NCBI GenBank assembly: GCA_951406725.2
Contig: OX597817.1
Coordinates: 135,160,001-135,224,000, forward strand
Source of the DNA: Octopus vulgaris
Taxonomy: Eukaryota
Direction of reading: 5' to 3'
DNA length: 64,000 bases
The translations under genes and the position numbers were made by a program. Position 1 is the stretch's first letter; each line of letters begins with the position of its first letter. The notes under the pieces are model-generated. The model saw only the letters and a list, made by a program, of their open reading frames with translations. It had not been told where the DNA came from and did no database searches. This document shows, piece after piece, positions 1 through 11,526 of the stretch.

Positions 1-66
1 GGTACTTAATTTATCGACCCCGAAAGGATGAAAGGCAAAGTCGACCTTGGAGGAATTTGAACTCAT

Positions 67-68
<2 letters not shown>

Positions 69-156
<88 letters not shown>
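69..156. repeat. (GATA)n microsatellite
   Basis: Perfect AGAT array. Similar arrays at 2430-2545, 15340-15520, 30781-30862 and 60768-61026. Confidence 0.98.
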
Positions 157-157
<1 letters not shown>

Positions 158-169
158 TCGATATATCTG

Positions 170-312
170 TTATCTTTTGTTTCTGACGTTAAACTGCGGC
201 CATGCTGGGACACCGTCTTGACGTGTTTAGTCGAACTAATCGAACCAAGAACTTATTCTTTGTAAGCCTAGTACTTATTCTGTCGTTCGTTTTTGCCGAA
301 CCGCTAAGTTAC
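170..312 (-). mobile_element. SINE family B 3' fragment
   Basis: ctgcggccatgctggg..acc...gacttattctttgtaagcctagtacttattct...gccgaaccgctaagttacg matches the full copy at 38455-38865. Confidence 0.8.
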
Positions 313-1201
313 GAGGTACATACATACTCTCCAAAACCTATAATTACTTTATCGACATCGTAAGAAGGAAAGACAAAATCGACCTCGATGGAATTTGAAC
401 TTCGTGAAGACGATTCTCTTCTTCTCTGGTCACAAGAGCCGAAATTTTGGGGGTGAGGGCCAGTCGATTATATCAACTCCAGTACGCAACTGGTACTTAA
501 TTTACCGACCCCAAAAGGATGAAAGGCGAAGTTGATCTCGGCGCAATTTGAAATCAGAACGTAAAAAACAGACGTAATATCGCTAAGAATTTCGCCCGGC
601 GTGCTAAGCTTTCTGCCAGCTCGCTGCCTTAAAAAATCTTTTCTACTCTAGGCACAAGGCCTGAAATTTGAGGGGAGGGGAATAGATTAGATCGAACCGG
701 TACACAACTGGTACTTAATTTATTGACACCGAAAGGATGAAAGGCAAAGTCGACCTCAACGGAATTTAAAACCAGAATGTAAAAACCGACGAAATACCTA
801 TTTCTTTACTACCCACAAGGGGCTAAACACAGAGAGGACAAACAAGGGCAGGCAAACGGATTAAGTCGATTATATCGACCCTAGTGCGTAAATGGTACTT
901 AATTTATCGACCCCGAAAGATGAAAGGCAAAGTCGACCTCGGCTGAATTTGAACTCAGAACGTAACGGCAGACGAAATACTGCTAAGCATTTCGCCCGGA
1001 TTGCTAGCGTTTCTACCAGCTTGACGCCTTTATGTCGACTAATAAAAAATAAAAACTATTTTATTGTTTTTACATTAAACTGTAGACAGATTCAGCACTT
1101 TTGTATAGTGTACATATTTCTATTCCATTTTTACCAGAAGGCGGTGTCAGTGACTTTGAAGTATGCTCAGTTTGCCTGTTCCATATGTATATATATATAT
1201 A

Positions 1202-2230
1202 CTAGCAGAGATATCCGGCGTTGTCCGGTTACATTCAATTGAAGAATTAGACTTTTCTGTTATATTTTCTGAATGAACTGGAATATCTATGTTTCGAATT
1301 TCATCAAAATTGCAGATAAGGGTTATTTCCCTCTTTACACACCCTAAAAAAATTGTAATCGTGCCACATGGAAACCAAAAGATGAATGATCACAATAAGC
1401 AGTCAGTTACCCTACCCTAGCTGTTACCACTCCCAATGTAGGATTCCTCATCATCCAGGTGACAGGCACAGTCGTAAGATGCATTACGAATCTATAGCAA
1501 TTGGAAGGGCGTGACCCAACTGAAATCAACATTAACAACTGTGTGACGTGAGGGCTTAGGAGAAATTAAAGTGTCACCTCTGGAGTTTGCAAATGACCAC
1601 TATACTGATACGTAACTGGACAGAATGAATTTAGAATCTATAAATGTCTTTGAATAACCAGTCACTCATCTGGGAAGGCCATGAAATGAATGTTACCATC
1701 CGGGGACTATGTGTGACTGCGTGATAATAAAAAAACTGAAAGGAGGTCTGCAATCAAATAACTTTACTCAACACTTTGCAACTGAATCAGTAGAGACAAA
1801 GATGCCTCTCATTTACTTAATTTATGCACCACATGCAGAAATCATAATGTAAGTGTATGTCAAAGCAAACTGTTACACTGTTGTACCATTAAATTAGAAA
1901 TAATGCCCAACTTTTATGCTCGGGTAACCCTACAGCTTCCAAGAGCACAACTGTATTCGTTTTTGCTCAGATAAAATGACAAAATTGTGGGTGTTAAGTC
2001 CCCATGGAGGGGTCTTTCTAACTTTGTAAGAAGATGAAATTTTATAAATATTACTTCATTTGTGTCTAATATCTATAGTTAAAATTTCATCACCAGCAAA
2101 AATATATGAATTGTCATGGGGGTAATGGCTCTTATGCTTAGAATATAATTTCAAAATTTCATAAAGATACATTCAGTACTTTTGACCTAGTTTTGGATAA
2201 AAAAAGAAATGACTAAAATTTGGGAGTTAA
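1202..2230 (-). mobile_element. Helitron-like non-autonomous element (3' end clear, 5' extent uncertain)
   Basis: The minus strand ends ccggacaacgccgg (hairpin) atatctctg CTAG|t at 1202 in a TA run, the canonical Helitron 3' signature. The interior boundary is a guess. Confidence 0.45.
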
Positions 2231-2234
2231 GGCG

Positions 2235-2414
2235 ATTTTTTCCTCTGTCTTCCCTTCTCTGGATCTTTCCTTCTCCTATGTTTCCGACGAAGAGCTCCGC
2301 TCGAAACGTTATACCCTCCTCCTTTCCTTCTTTCCTGAGCGTCCAATAATACTATATTTGTTCCACGTCCTCGCGTTGTTGTGTTTTTTTTTGTGCTTTC
2401 TTGTTTGGATTAAC
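2235..2414 (+). mobile_element. Penelope-like pLTR fragment carrying a minimal hammerhead motif
   Basis: ~180-bp repeat also found at 33415-33599 (+) and 45529-45712 (-). Contains gttt-ccgacga-a-gagc-tcc-gctc-gaaac-gtt and ends in (TA)n. Confidence 0.7.
2280..2314 (+). ncRNA. Minimal type I hammerhead ribozyme motif (core variant CCGACGA)
   Basis: gttt CCGACGA a GAGC tcc GCTC GAAAC GTT atac. The paralogue at 45636-45670 has an intact CTGACGA. Confidence 0.6.
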
Positions 2415-2437
2415 TATATATATATATATAGATAGAT

Positions 2438-2527
<90 letters not shown>

Positions 2528-2618
2528 TGATAGATAGATAGATATAGATATATACACACACACACACAAAGGTAAATTGATAGATACAACTGAGTGGGCA
2601 AACAAAAATATGAGACAC

Positions 2619-2833
2619 AGCCTAGTGCTTTTTTTATGTTGATAAGCCTACTACTTATTCTATTAGTTTGTTCTTGTGAAACCAGTAAGTTTTGTGGATG
2701 TAAATAAATGAACAGCGTTTGTGAAGCAGTGATGAGGGCGAAAGACAGACACAAAGACACGCACATACACTTACATATATACATATATATACGATTGATT
2801 TGCTTCAGTTCCTGTCTACGAAATCCATATATA
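2619..2833 (-). mobile_element. Degenerate SINE family B copy, target of the RTE insertion
   Basis: aagcctactacttattctat...gacagacacaaagacac...tatacga..cttcagttcctgtctacgaaatcc resembles the family B body and head. Confidence 0.65.
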
Positions 2834-5542
2834 TTGTTGTTGGCATCCTTTTTTGTCTCGGGAGACAATGGAGTTGCGCATAAAATAATCTAGTCCTACT
2901 TTTACATTTCATGTCCTAATACATCTCCTGCTGTGGCTGTGTAGTCCTATCCTGGACAAACACTCCCTCTGGCAGGTCCGCAAATGTAGCGAAGACTTTG
3001 CCTGGCTGGTTGTGAAGTCATACTTTCTTGTTGATGTCTTTTCTTGTCTTTCCATTTCTCCTCTCTCTCAATGTCACTCCTTTGTGTTCCCTCTTTAACG
3101 GTACGTCGCCAATCTCCACGGTTGCTGGCAACTGCTTCCCAGTTGGTAATATTGATGTTGCAGGCATTCATGTCCCTTTGCAAACATCCTTGTATCGTAA
3201 GAACGGTCTTCCCACAGACCTAGCAAGCTCTCCGTTGAGTATGTCCTTGGGGATTCTGCCATCTTCCATATGGCTAACATGTCGAAGCCATCTCATACGT
3301 CTTTGTGTGAGGAGTGTAAACATGCTTGGTATTTCTGCTTGCTTGAGTATTATCTTTGTTGGGGACATGATTCTGCCATTTGATGAGAAGGATTTTCTGG
3401 AGGCAGCGCAGGTGAAAGATATTTAGGCGACGTATGGAATCGTATGGCGTGTGTATGGCGTCCAAGTCTCACTTCCATACAGTAGAGTGCTAAGTACACA
3501 TGCCTGATAAATCTTCATTTTTGTGGTCTTGGTCGGCTTATTGTTGTCCCATGCCCGTTTGGAGAGTTGGGCCATCACAGCAGCTGCCTTGCCAATGCGT
3601 ATATTGAGCTCAGTATCAAGGGATAGGTTGTAGGTGACGGTAGAGCCAAGATAGGTAAACTTCTCCACCTCCTGTGGTCTGTGGTCTCCTATATGTATGT
3701 TTGGGATGGTCGATGTAGCCTGACCCATGATGTTGGTCTTCTTGAGGCTGATAAATAAACCAAAGTTGCCACATGTTTGATCAAATCAGTTGATGAGCCT
3801 TTGTAGGGCTTCTTCTGTGTGTGATACCAGAGCGGCATCATCAGCAAATACCATCTCCTTGATCAGGACGCTTCTGATTTTGGTATTGCTACGCAGACGC
3901 GAGAGATTGAACAGTTTCCCATCACTTCTACTGTGCAGAAACACTCCATCATCTGATGTCACAAAGGCATGTGACAGCAGCAGCGAGAGGAAGATGCCAA
4001 ATAATATAAGAGCAAGGACACAACCTTGCCATACCCTATTTTTTTATTTGGAAGGCGGCTGATGTTGAACCATTGTGCTGTATGGTGCCTTGCATATCAT
4101 TATGGAAAGATGTGATTATCCTCAGCAGCTTTGGTGGACACCCGATTTTTTGGAGAAGGATGAAGAAGCCTTTTCTACTTCCCAAGTCAAAGGCCTTTGT
4201 CAGATCAATGAAGGCCATATATAATGGCATTTTCTGCTCTCTGGACTTCTCCTGAAGTTGGCGTATGGAGAATATCATGTCAATAGTTGATCTGCTTCTT
4301 CTAAAGCCACACTGCGATTCTGGATAAATTCGAGAAGCAAGCAGTCGCAGCCTGGACAGGATAATGCGAGGCGAAGCCTTTCCAACAGTGCTTAGAAGAG
4401 ATATTCCACGGTAATTGTTACAATCACCACGGTCACCTTTGTTTTTGTACAGCCTAATGATGTTAGCATCCCGCATATCCTGAGGGACTGTACCCTCTTC
4501 CCAGCACTGACTCAGAAGCTCATGAATGTGCCGAAGCAGGATGGTGTTTTTGCCGGTTTTGTTTATCTCTAAGGGGATGCCGTCTTTTCCCGGAGCCTTG
4601 TTACTTGCTAGGGAGTCAATAGCTTTGGTGAGCTCTGCTATAGACGGCAGACTGTCAAGTTCCCACATGACTGGCAAGATCTGGACACCCTCGATTGCAG
4701 CCTCAGCTACCGTGGTCTCTCGTGAGTAGAGATCCTGGTAGTACTCCACCCATCTATCCATTTGCTTGCTTTAGTCCTTGATGAGATCCCCAGTAGTTGA
4801 TTTCAGAGGGGCTGACTTGGTTGCGGATGGACCGAGGGCCTTCTTCAAACCGGCATACATCCCACGGGTGTCGCCACTGTCAGCAGCTGACTGGATACTC
4901 AGACAGATTTCCTGCTAATAACTATTTGCACAGCGTCTGGCAGTCAGTTGGGTTTTATTTCTTGCCTTTCTGAGTTCTTCGAGTGACTTTATAGAAGAAT
5001 CACTCTTGTATTACACCAGAGCTGCACGCTTTGCTTCGATAACTGTTTCCAGCTCTGAGAGCCCAACACTGAACAAAATCTGGGTTTTGCCTTTCTCTCA
5101 TGCCGAAAGTATCTATTGATGTGGTATACAAAGCTTCCCTGATATAATTCCACCTACTTTCAGCAGAGGAGGTTGGGCAGCTACTGAGGGCAACCTTGAT
5201 AGAAACAGCAGTGTAGGGTCCGAGGTTCTGGCAGTGTTAATGTGTATTTGTGTATTTGGAGTGATGGACATTTTAGGCAGAATCCTCACCCTGCTTCTTA
5301 TTAGTGAATGATCTGTGTCACAATCCGAGCTGTGGTAACTACGAGTCAGTTGAACAGAATTAAAAAAGGGTCTTCGTGTAATGATGAGATCCAGCTGATG
5401 CCAGTGGTGAGATCTTGGATGTCTCCAAGATGCCTTGTGAGATGTCTTGTTGGCAAAGAATGTGTTAGTGATGCACAGGTTATGGTATGTGCAAAATTCA
5501 AGAAGTCTCTGCCCATTGTCATTCATGTTGCCAATACCAAAA
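2834..5542 (-). mobile_element. RTE-clade non-LTR retrotransposon, 5'-truncated, frameshifted APE-RT
   Basis: APE motifs NDNGQRLLEFC, NTFF, WRHPRS.HWHQLD, DTDH (5113-5540). RT motifs KAPGKDGIP, NYRGISLL, PESQCGFR, FIDLTKAFD (4036-4761), FTYLGS, LLYGSETW, LRWL.HV.HMEDGRIPK. 3' end gtctcccgagacaaaaaggatgc(caa)n. Flanked by a long direct duplication. Confidence 0.95.
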
Positions 5543-5630
5543 CACATACACTTACATATATACATACATATATATACGATTGATTTGTTTAAGTTCCTGT
5601 CTACGAAATCCATATATATATATATATATA

Positions 5631-6330
5631 CTAGCATTAAAGACCCGTCGTTGCCGAGTCATAGTGCTAGTGCACGTATATATGTGTATATATATGTGTA
5701 CATATTACATGTACATCTATATATATACATCTACACATAAAATGCAAAATACAAAGTTATATCTTGATATCACTAGTGATAACAATACTCAAAATATATA
5801 ACAGACTGGAATTGTTAGCTCTTCTTTTTTCTCTACATTGTATACTTTATAGACAATAGTCTTTTCTTTAATTTAATTTTTTATTATCCATCTGGACTAT
5901 TCCATTTCTGCACGCTAATTATATTTTTAATTTATTCCCATTCATGTGAAATCACTTATTCAAGTTCAAATCATTGATGCAATTTCATACCAATTGCTAT
6001 TTTTACTTTTGTATGTTACGATTATATTATACATTTAGTTTGATTTTAATTATTACTTACTACATATAATTCAATTGTTATTATTATTTTTATTGTTAAA
6101 GTGAAAGCATCTGACATAAAATAGAGAAATATTTTTGTTTCACTTTTAACACGTAATACTGAAATGGTGGAGAAGATATGATATTGCTATGGGCTCGCTC
6201 TAGACAAGAAGTTGAACTTTTTTTGACGATGACACTCCCCGGACCCTAAGTAAGGCATGTGTAAAATTTAAATGAAATTGGTTGTGTAGTTCTCAAGTTT
6301 TAGGAAAGCACACAGACAGACAGACAGACA

Positions 6331-6363
<33 letters not shown>

Positions 6364-6386
6364 TCTCAGTTTTATATATATAAAGA
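5631..6386 (-). mobile_element. Non-autonomous Helitron, apparently complete
   Basis: The minus strand starts TC(tttatatatataaaactgagaatgtgtg..ctgtctgt..aaccaatttcatt) and ends with hairpin gactcggcaacgacgggtc + CTAG. It is inserted between A and T. A second copy lies at 11527-12428. Confidence 0.75.
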
Positions 6387-6948
6387 TATATATACATATA
6401 TGCATACACACACACATACATATATATTTGGAACTTACAAAAGAAACGAACAAAAGACGATGACGGGTGTGTAAACAGCAAACAGGTTTGTTAGTTTAAC
6501 GCTCCGGACTTAGGAAAATTTATATAGGAAGTACTACTAATTTTAAAATTAGGAACATAAACCTTTTTCCACGAAAAGATAGCTTAAACTGTGCTCTAAA
6601 TGGAAGTGTAGTCAAATCCTATTTTATGGACCCAAACATTTTCTAAAATAAGTCGAAATATAAGTTGCTATAAATCGGCACGAACTTTCCGGACAACCCA
6701 ATATTTCTATATTTTTATCATGAAACTCTTAACATAAATATGTGTATATTCGTACGGAATAATACCTCATGTGCTACATCTGAATTTTCTTGTCTGAATG
6801 TTTTAAGACAAATATCCGAAATTTTTATCGTATACCACATTTTATTAATACTTAGCTCATATACGGAGACCAAAATGTTGTACTATATACTGCAGGCTAT
6901 CTCCATTAAAATTCTCGTATTATATACATTATATATATATAATATACA

Positions 6949-7677
6949 CACTGGCGAAAATAAATTTAAGATCGATGATAAAAGTTTTATTTCTTACAAA
7001 ATATTCTGCTACTAGTCCTTTGCTGATCTTTATATTGACCAGTATCCGAGTATAACTTCCACGCTTGCACGCAAGCCTGTTAACTGCACTTTAGTTGCTT
7101 GCTGATGTTCGAAAAGGAAACTTATTGCTGTAATATACGATTTTTGCTCTCGTGACTGGACTAAGGCTACGTTGTTTTCCCATTATTAATAAATTGTATA
7201 ATAACATTAAATTATAACTTTATATGATGCATTTAGGCTCGTTGTGTGAACCACCCATTTTGGCCAAAAAAAATTTCATACATATTACATGGTCTTAAAC
7301 TAATTTTGCCGGTAAATTTGAAACGTTTATATTACGTCCTGAGTTCAAATTCCGCCGAGGTCGACTTTGCCTTTCATCCTTTCGGGATCGATAAATTAAG
7401 TACCAGTTACGCACTGGAGTCGATGTAATCGACTTAATCCGTTTGTCTGTCCTTGTTTGTCCCCTCTATGTTTAGCCCCTTGTGGGCAGTAAAGAAATAT
7501 ATATTAATTTAGCATTAGAATTCTTCAAGTTGTATAAAAAATGTTTGCATCATTCGAAAGAGAAATAAATTTTGCATAAGGTGTAAAAGATATAAATAAC
7601 TTGTATGGTGTTAGTAACAAAATATTTTGTAAGAAATAGAACTTTCATCGTCGGTCTTAAATATATTTTCGCCGGTG
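6949..7677. mobile_element. Tc1/mariner-type MITE with ~37-bp TIRs, containing a SINE A copy
   Basis: Left end cactggcgaaaataaatttaagatcgatgataaaagt; reverse complement of right end caccggcgaaaatatatttaagaccgacgatgaaagt. TA at the right flank and no coding capacity. Confidence 0.8.
7334..7498 (+). mobile_element. SINE family A (5'-truncated)
   Basis: gagttcaaattccgccgaggtcgactttgcctttcatcctttcgggatcgataaattaagtacc...agtaaagaaata. Confidence 0.88.
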
Positions 7678-7685
7678 TATATATC

Positions 7686-10260
7686 TCAGGTCATCCCATA
7701 AGTTCTGTCCGAATTTTGGATAAAGAATCCAAGTGATCAAATGTTATATTTAATTGAAAGTTAATCATCCCTGATTATCTATGATTTACTTCCATCTATT
7801 TACAAGCTTTCTAATCCCATCAATGTAAAACTCTTTTGGTTTCAAAGCGAAGAACTCTGAAATGTTAGGTTCGACCTCCTCCTGGCTTGCGAAAGTTGTG
7901 TCCCCCTAATAATTCTGTAAACTATGAAACAAATGGTATCCTGAAGGGGTAAGGTCGGGAGAATAAGTTGGATGAAGAAATTTTTCCAAACTGACCTCTT
8001 CGATCTTCTGTGATGTGATCTTTCCAGTGTGGGGTTGCGCATTGTCCTGATGAAACATCACTCGTTTTCGACTCACTAAAGCGGCTCTTTTTTCCTTCAA
8101 AGCTTGGTTCAAACGCTATAATTGCTGACAGTAGACTTGAGCATTGATTGTTGCATTAGGTGGTAACAATATAAAGTGAATTACGCCTTTGCAATCGCAC
8201 CAGATAGAATAGAACCTTTTTCCCATGAAGTTCCCTTCTTGGTTGTGGTTGAACATTTTCCCTTTTACCAAGCCACTGTTTACGACGTTTTACATTTCGA
8301 TAGAAAATCCATTTTTCGTCACAAGTCTATTGAAAAGGGGTGAAATGAGTTTGGGAAAATAGAGAGAAGGGCAGATGTCAACTCGGGATTTGCGGTTGCT
8401 TTCGGACAATACATGAGACACATATTTTCCAAGTTTAGGAATCTTTCCACGTTGTTGAAGATGATGATGAACTGTTGTATGGTTTGAAGTAAGTTTTATT
8501 GCCAATTCTTCAACTGATAATGACGGATTTTCTTCGAGTAATGCCTCAAGGAGCTTATCATCAAACTCAACTGGACGTCCTGTTCGATCTTCATCTTCAA
8601 TTTTGCAAACGATCTCCTGTAAGTTCTTTCATTCAAGCACTTTCCCATAAACTGAGTGTATGTTTCGAGTCACTTCGGCTGCAGAGTTACCTTTATTATA
8701 CTCATAAAGAATTATATGTGCCTTAAATGTTCCTTGGATACTTCCATGTTGAAATGGTTTTAATCAAAGCAATTTTAGGGTGTCCACGAAGTCTGGGTAG
8801 ATGGAATAAAATCAAAACATAAACAATTATAAGAAATAATAATTTTCCTTCTTTACTTTTGTTTAAATTAAATAAAAAAATACTTTACTTTTTTAAATTT
8901 ATTTGTTATTTTTTCTACAGATGATAGAATGATGGCTCTGTCTAAAGAAGAAAGAATCCCAGATCGAATGATGGATCTGTCTAAAGAAGAAAGAATCGAG
9001 TTAGTATTATTAAGTGGACGAGAGTGATGGTCTTATCGCAAAATTGCGGAAGAATTTAATCTTCGACACCCTTATAGGTAAACTATTTTTTTTACTGCCG
9101 TCGGGAAATTGATCAAGAAATTTAAAGAAACAGGCAGTGTTTTGGATAAACCCCGTTCCGGGCGACCAAAGACTTCAGATGAAACGAAAGAGGCTGTCAT
9201 GGCTAAAGTTTCTGCTCGCCCCCAAAAATCACTTCATCGGACATCCACGGTGTTAGATGTTCGAAAACAACCATCCACAAAATGCTGGTTGAGGAAAAGT
9301 TTCATCGATACAACCTACAGATATTGCATCACTTAAATGAAGATGACCCTGATAGACGAATGTAGATGTGCGAATGGTTTTCAGATAAATTGGATGAAAA
9401 TATCAATTTTACGAAAAACTTTGTTGTTCAGTGACAAAGCTACGTTTTATGTAACTGGTGAGGTCAATAGACAGAATCTTCTATACTGGTCTGGAGGTAG
9501 TCTACATTGGATGGATCCATCCAAACAGCAAGGCAGCAAAAAGGTGATGGTGTGGTGTGGTGTGGTTTGTGGAAAGTTCATGTTCTAGGACCCTTCTTCA
9601 TTGAACGTGTAACAGATGAGACTTATGTAAACAATTTGAGAGACAAATTAATATCTCAAATTGAGCGCCTAGGCGAGGGCCTTCCGAATTGGTTTCAGCA
9701 GGATGGGGCCCCTACCCATTTTTCCACAACTGTTACAGATTGGCTTAATGACACTTTTCCTCACTGAATTGGAAGAAGGCCTCATATGGAAAGGTCCCCT
9801 CGTTCACCAGACCTTTCTCCCCTTGACTTCTTTTTCTGGGGTATGTTGAAAGAGAAAGATTACAATAAAGATTACAGATTTAAAGCACATGAGAGAACGC
9901 ATTACCAGTCAGTGTGCTGAAATTGTTGTCAATGTAGACTTATTTAATCAAGTTCACCTGAATTTTGCAAGGCGCATCAAGTTATGCATTGAAAAATGAT
10001 GGAAATCACTTTGAAAATATTATTTATTAACATTATAATTAAATAAAATTGTTTTGTTTTAAAAGTATGTGTTAATCCCCATGTACGCAGACTTTGTGGA
10101 CACCCTCTGTTATTTTGTAAAACAATATTGAATTAGTTTAAACATTCACAAATGCATAAAAATAAGTTTTAATTGAATTAGACATTTGAAAATACTATTA
10201 AATTTCATTCAAATCTAAAAAAAAAGGTAAAATTGAACAGAACTGATTGGATGACTTGAT
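7686..10260 (-). mobile_element. mariner (DD34D) transposon, decayed, interrupted by a second Tc1/mariner element
   Basis: TIRs tcaggtcatcccataagttctgtcc / rc tcaagtcatccaatcagttctgttc. Transposase motifs HQDNAQPH, HPTYSPDLTPSGYHLF, YVSHVLSE in ORFs 7906-8112 and 8290-8505. Confidence 0.9.
8777..10106 (+). mobile_element. Tc1/mariner transposon, rosa/DD41D-like, full length but pseudogenised
   Basis: 28-bp TIRs agggtgtccacgaagtctgggtagatgg / rc agggtgtccacaaagtctgcgtacatgg. Motifs KFKETGSV.DKPRSGRP, LFSDKATF..GEVNRQN, VMVWCG, FQQDGAPTH, PRSPDLSPLDFFFWG. I count 40 residues between the 2nd and 3rd catalytic D. Confidence 0.9.
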
Positions 10261-11268
10261 ATATATATAATCTATGATATTCTAGTAGGTTTCAAGTTTA
10301 TAACACCTTGATATCTCATGTTATCTCATTTCATATGCCTAAGACGTTTATTTTCTATTCTGGTTTTCATATATTTCTATACATTATATTTGTATCTATA
10401 ATTTATTTTAAGCCGAAACATAATACGATCCTTGTACAAACGAAAGAACAAGAATGTCCTCTGGAACTTTTATCTTCTACCGGTGTTTGTAATCGATGTG
10501 TGACATGTGCGTTGATTTTGCGACTATCTTATATTTTACAGAGAAATTGGAAGCCCCGAATGTAAGCCACCACTTTATGCATAATACAATATTTATGGTT
10601 CTCTATTTCTAACTCAAATTCTGTCCTCAATAATTATAGATCTTTATTTCTAAATGTAATTCTTTTTCTTCTCGTTCAGTTTATAACTATAACACACATT
10701 CTTATCTGTCTCTTGACAAAGCTTTTTTTCTCCAACGTTCACCACTTCACCTCGTTAGGGTTAAACAACTCTTACCGAATGTTTTCACTGTCCTGTTTTT
10801 GTTAGCAGCTTTGACGTTCTACGTATCTCAAATTTTATTTAATTTGCTTTGGGGGAGCAATTGCTTTGACGAAGACGCATCTTGTTGCACTGCACTGCAC
10901 CCAACCCAAGTGTAATAGTGATACCAATGTCGCCCAGAGCGAGCTCTGGTCGCCATAGCGTCGACTGTGTACAGTCGCCCCAATGTCGCCCAATATTGAG
11001 TGAAAAAACGGTATGGACGATTTGTTTTGGAGTCTAATAATACCATGTACGCCTATGAAGATTTACAAACATACTTTCCCAATGATACTCGGTTTTTTTT
11101 TCTCAAACCTTTTATAAGTCTTTGTTGTAGCAACGGCACGCGGCTGAAGAAGGCTTTTGATCTATCTGTTATATCAATTATGCATCGATGTAAGAATAAG
11201 TTGTTCTATAAAGCCCGAAACATATGTACCGCAACATCCTTTGCGTCTTGTTTTTCATTTATTTCATT

Positions 11269-11335
<67 letters not shown>

Positions 11336-11337
<2 letters not shown>

Positions 11338-11525
11338 CGACCGGATGCTCCAAATCACATAGGCAAGTTTGAAGATTGCCTCACAAGAATTAAAGAAATC
11401 CTCATGAATCTGGAACACCATGTGACCATATTTCTTATGGGTGATTTCAACTTCCTCAACGTCAAATGGCCCGAAGATCTCATACTCTCAGGAATGAATC
11501 ATTGCAAGCAAGTACAGGTGGAGTC
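11336..11525 (+). pseudogene. CR1-type LINE AP-endonuclease fragment
   Basis: Translates as CRPDAPNHIGKFEDCL...IFLMGDFNFLNVKWP (YRPP and GDFN motifs). Confidence 0.65.
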
Positions 11526-11526
11526 C

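Larger units (their letters stand above)
1..1030 (-). mobile_element. Cluster of tRNA-derived SINE family A copies (1-65, 343-400, 416-630, 638-795, 792-1030)
   Basis: The minus strand repeatedly reads ggcggcgagctggcagaa (A-box-like)...gagttcaaattcc (B-box-like) gccgaggtcgactttgcctttcatcctttcggggtcgataaattaagtacc. The same core recurs at 7334, 36433, 39600, 49331, 57437 and 58673. Confidence 0.88.
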
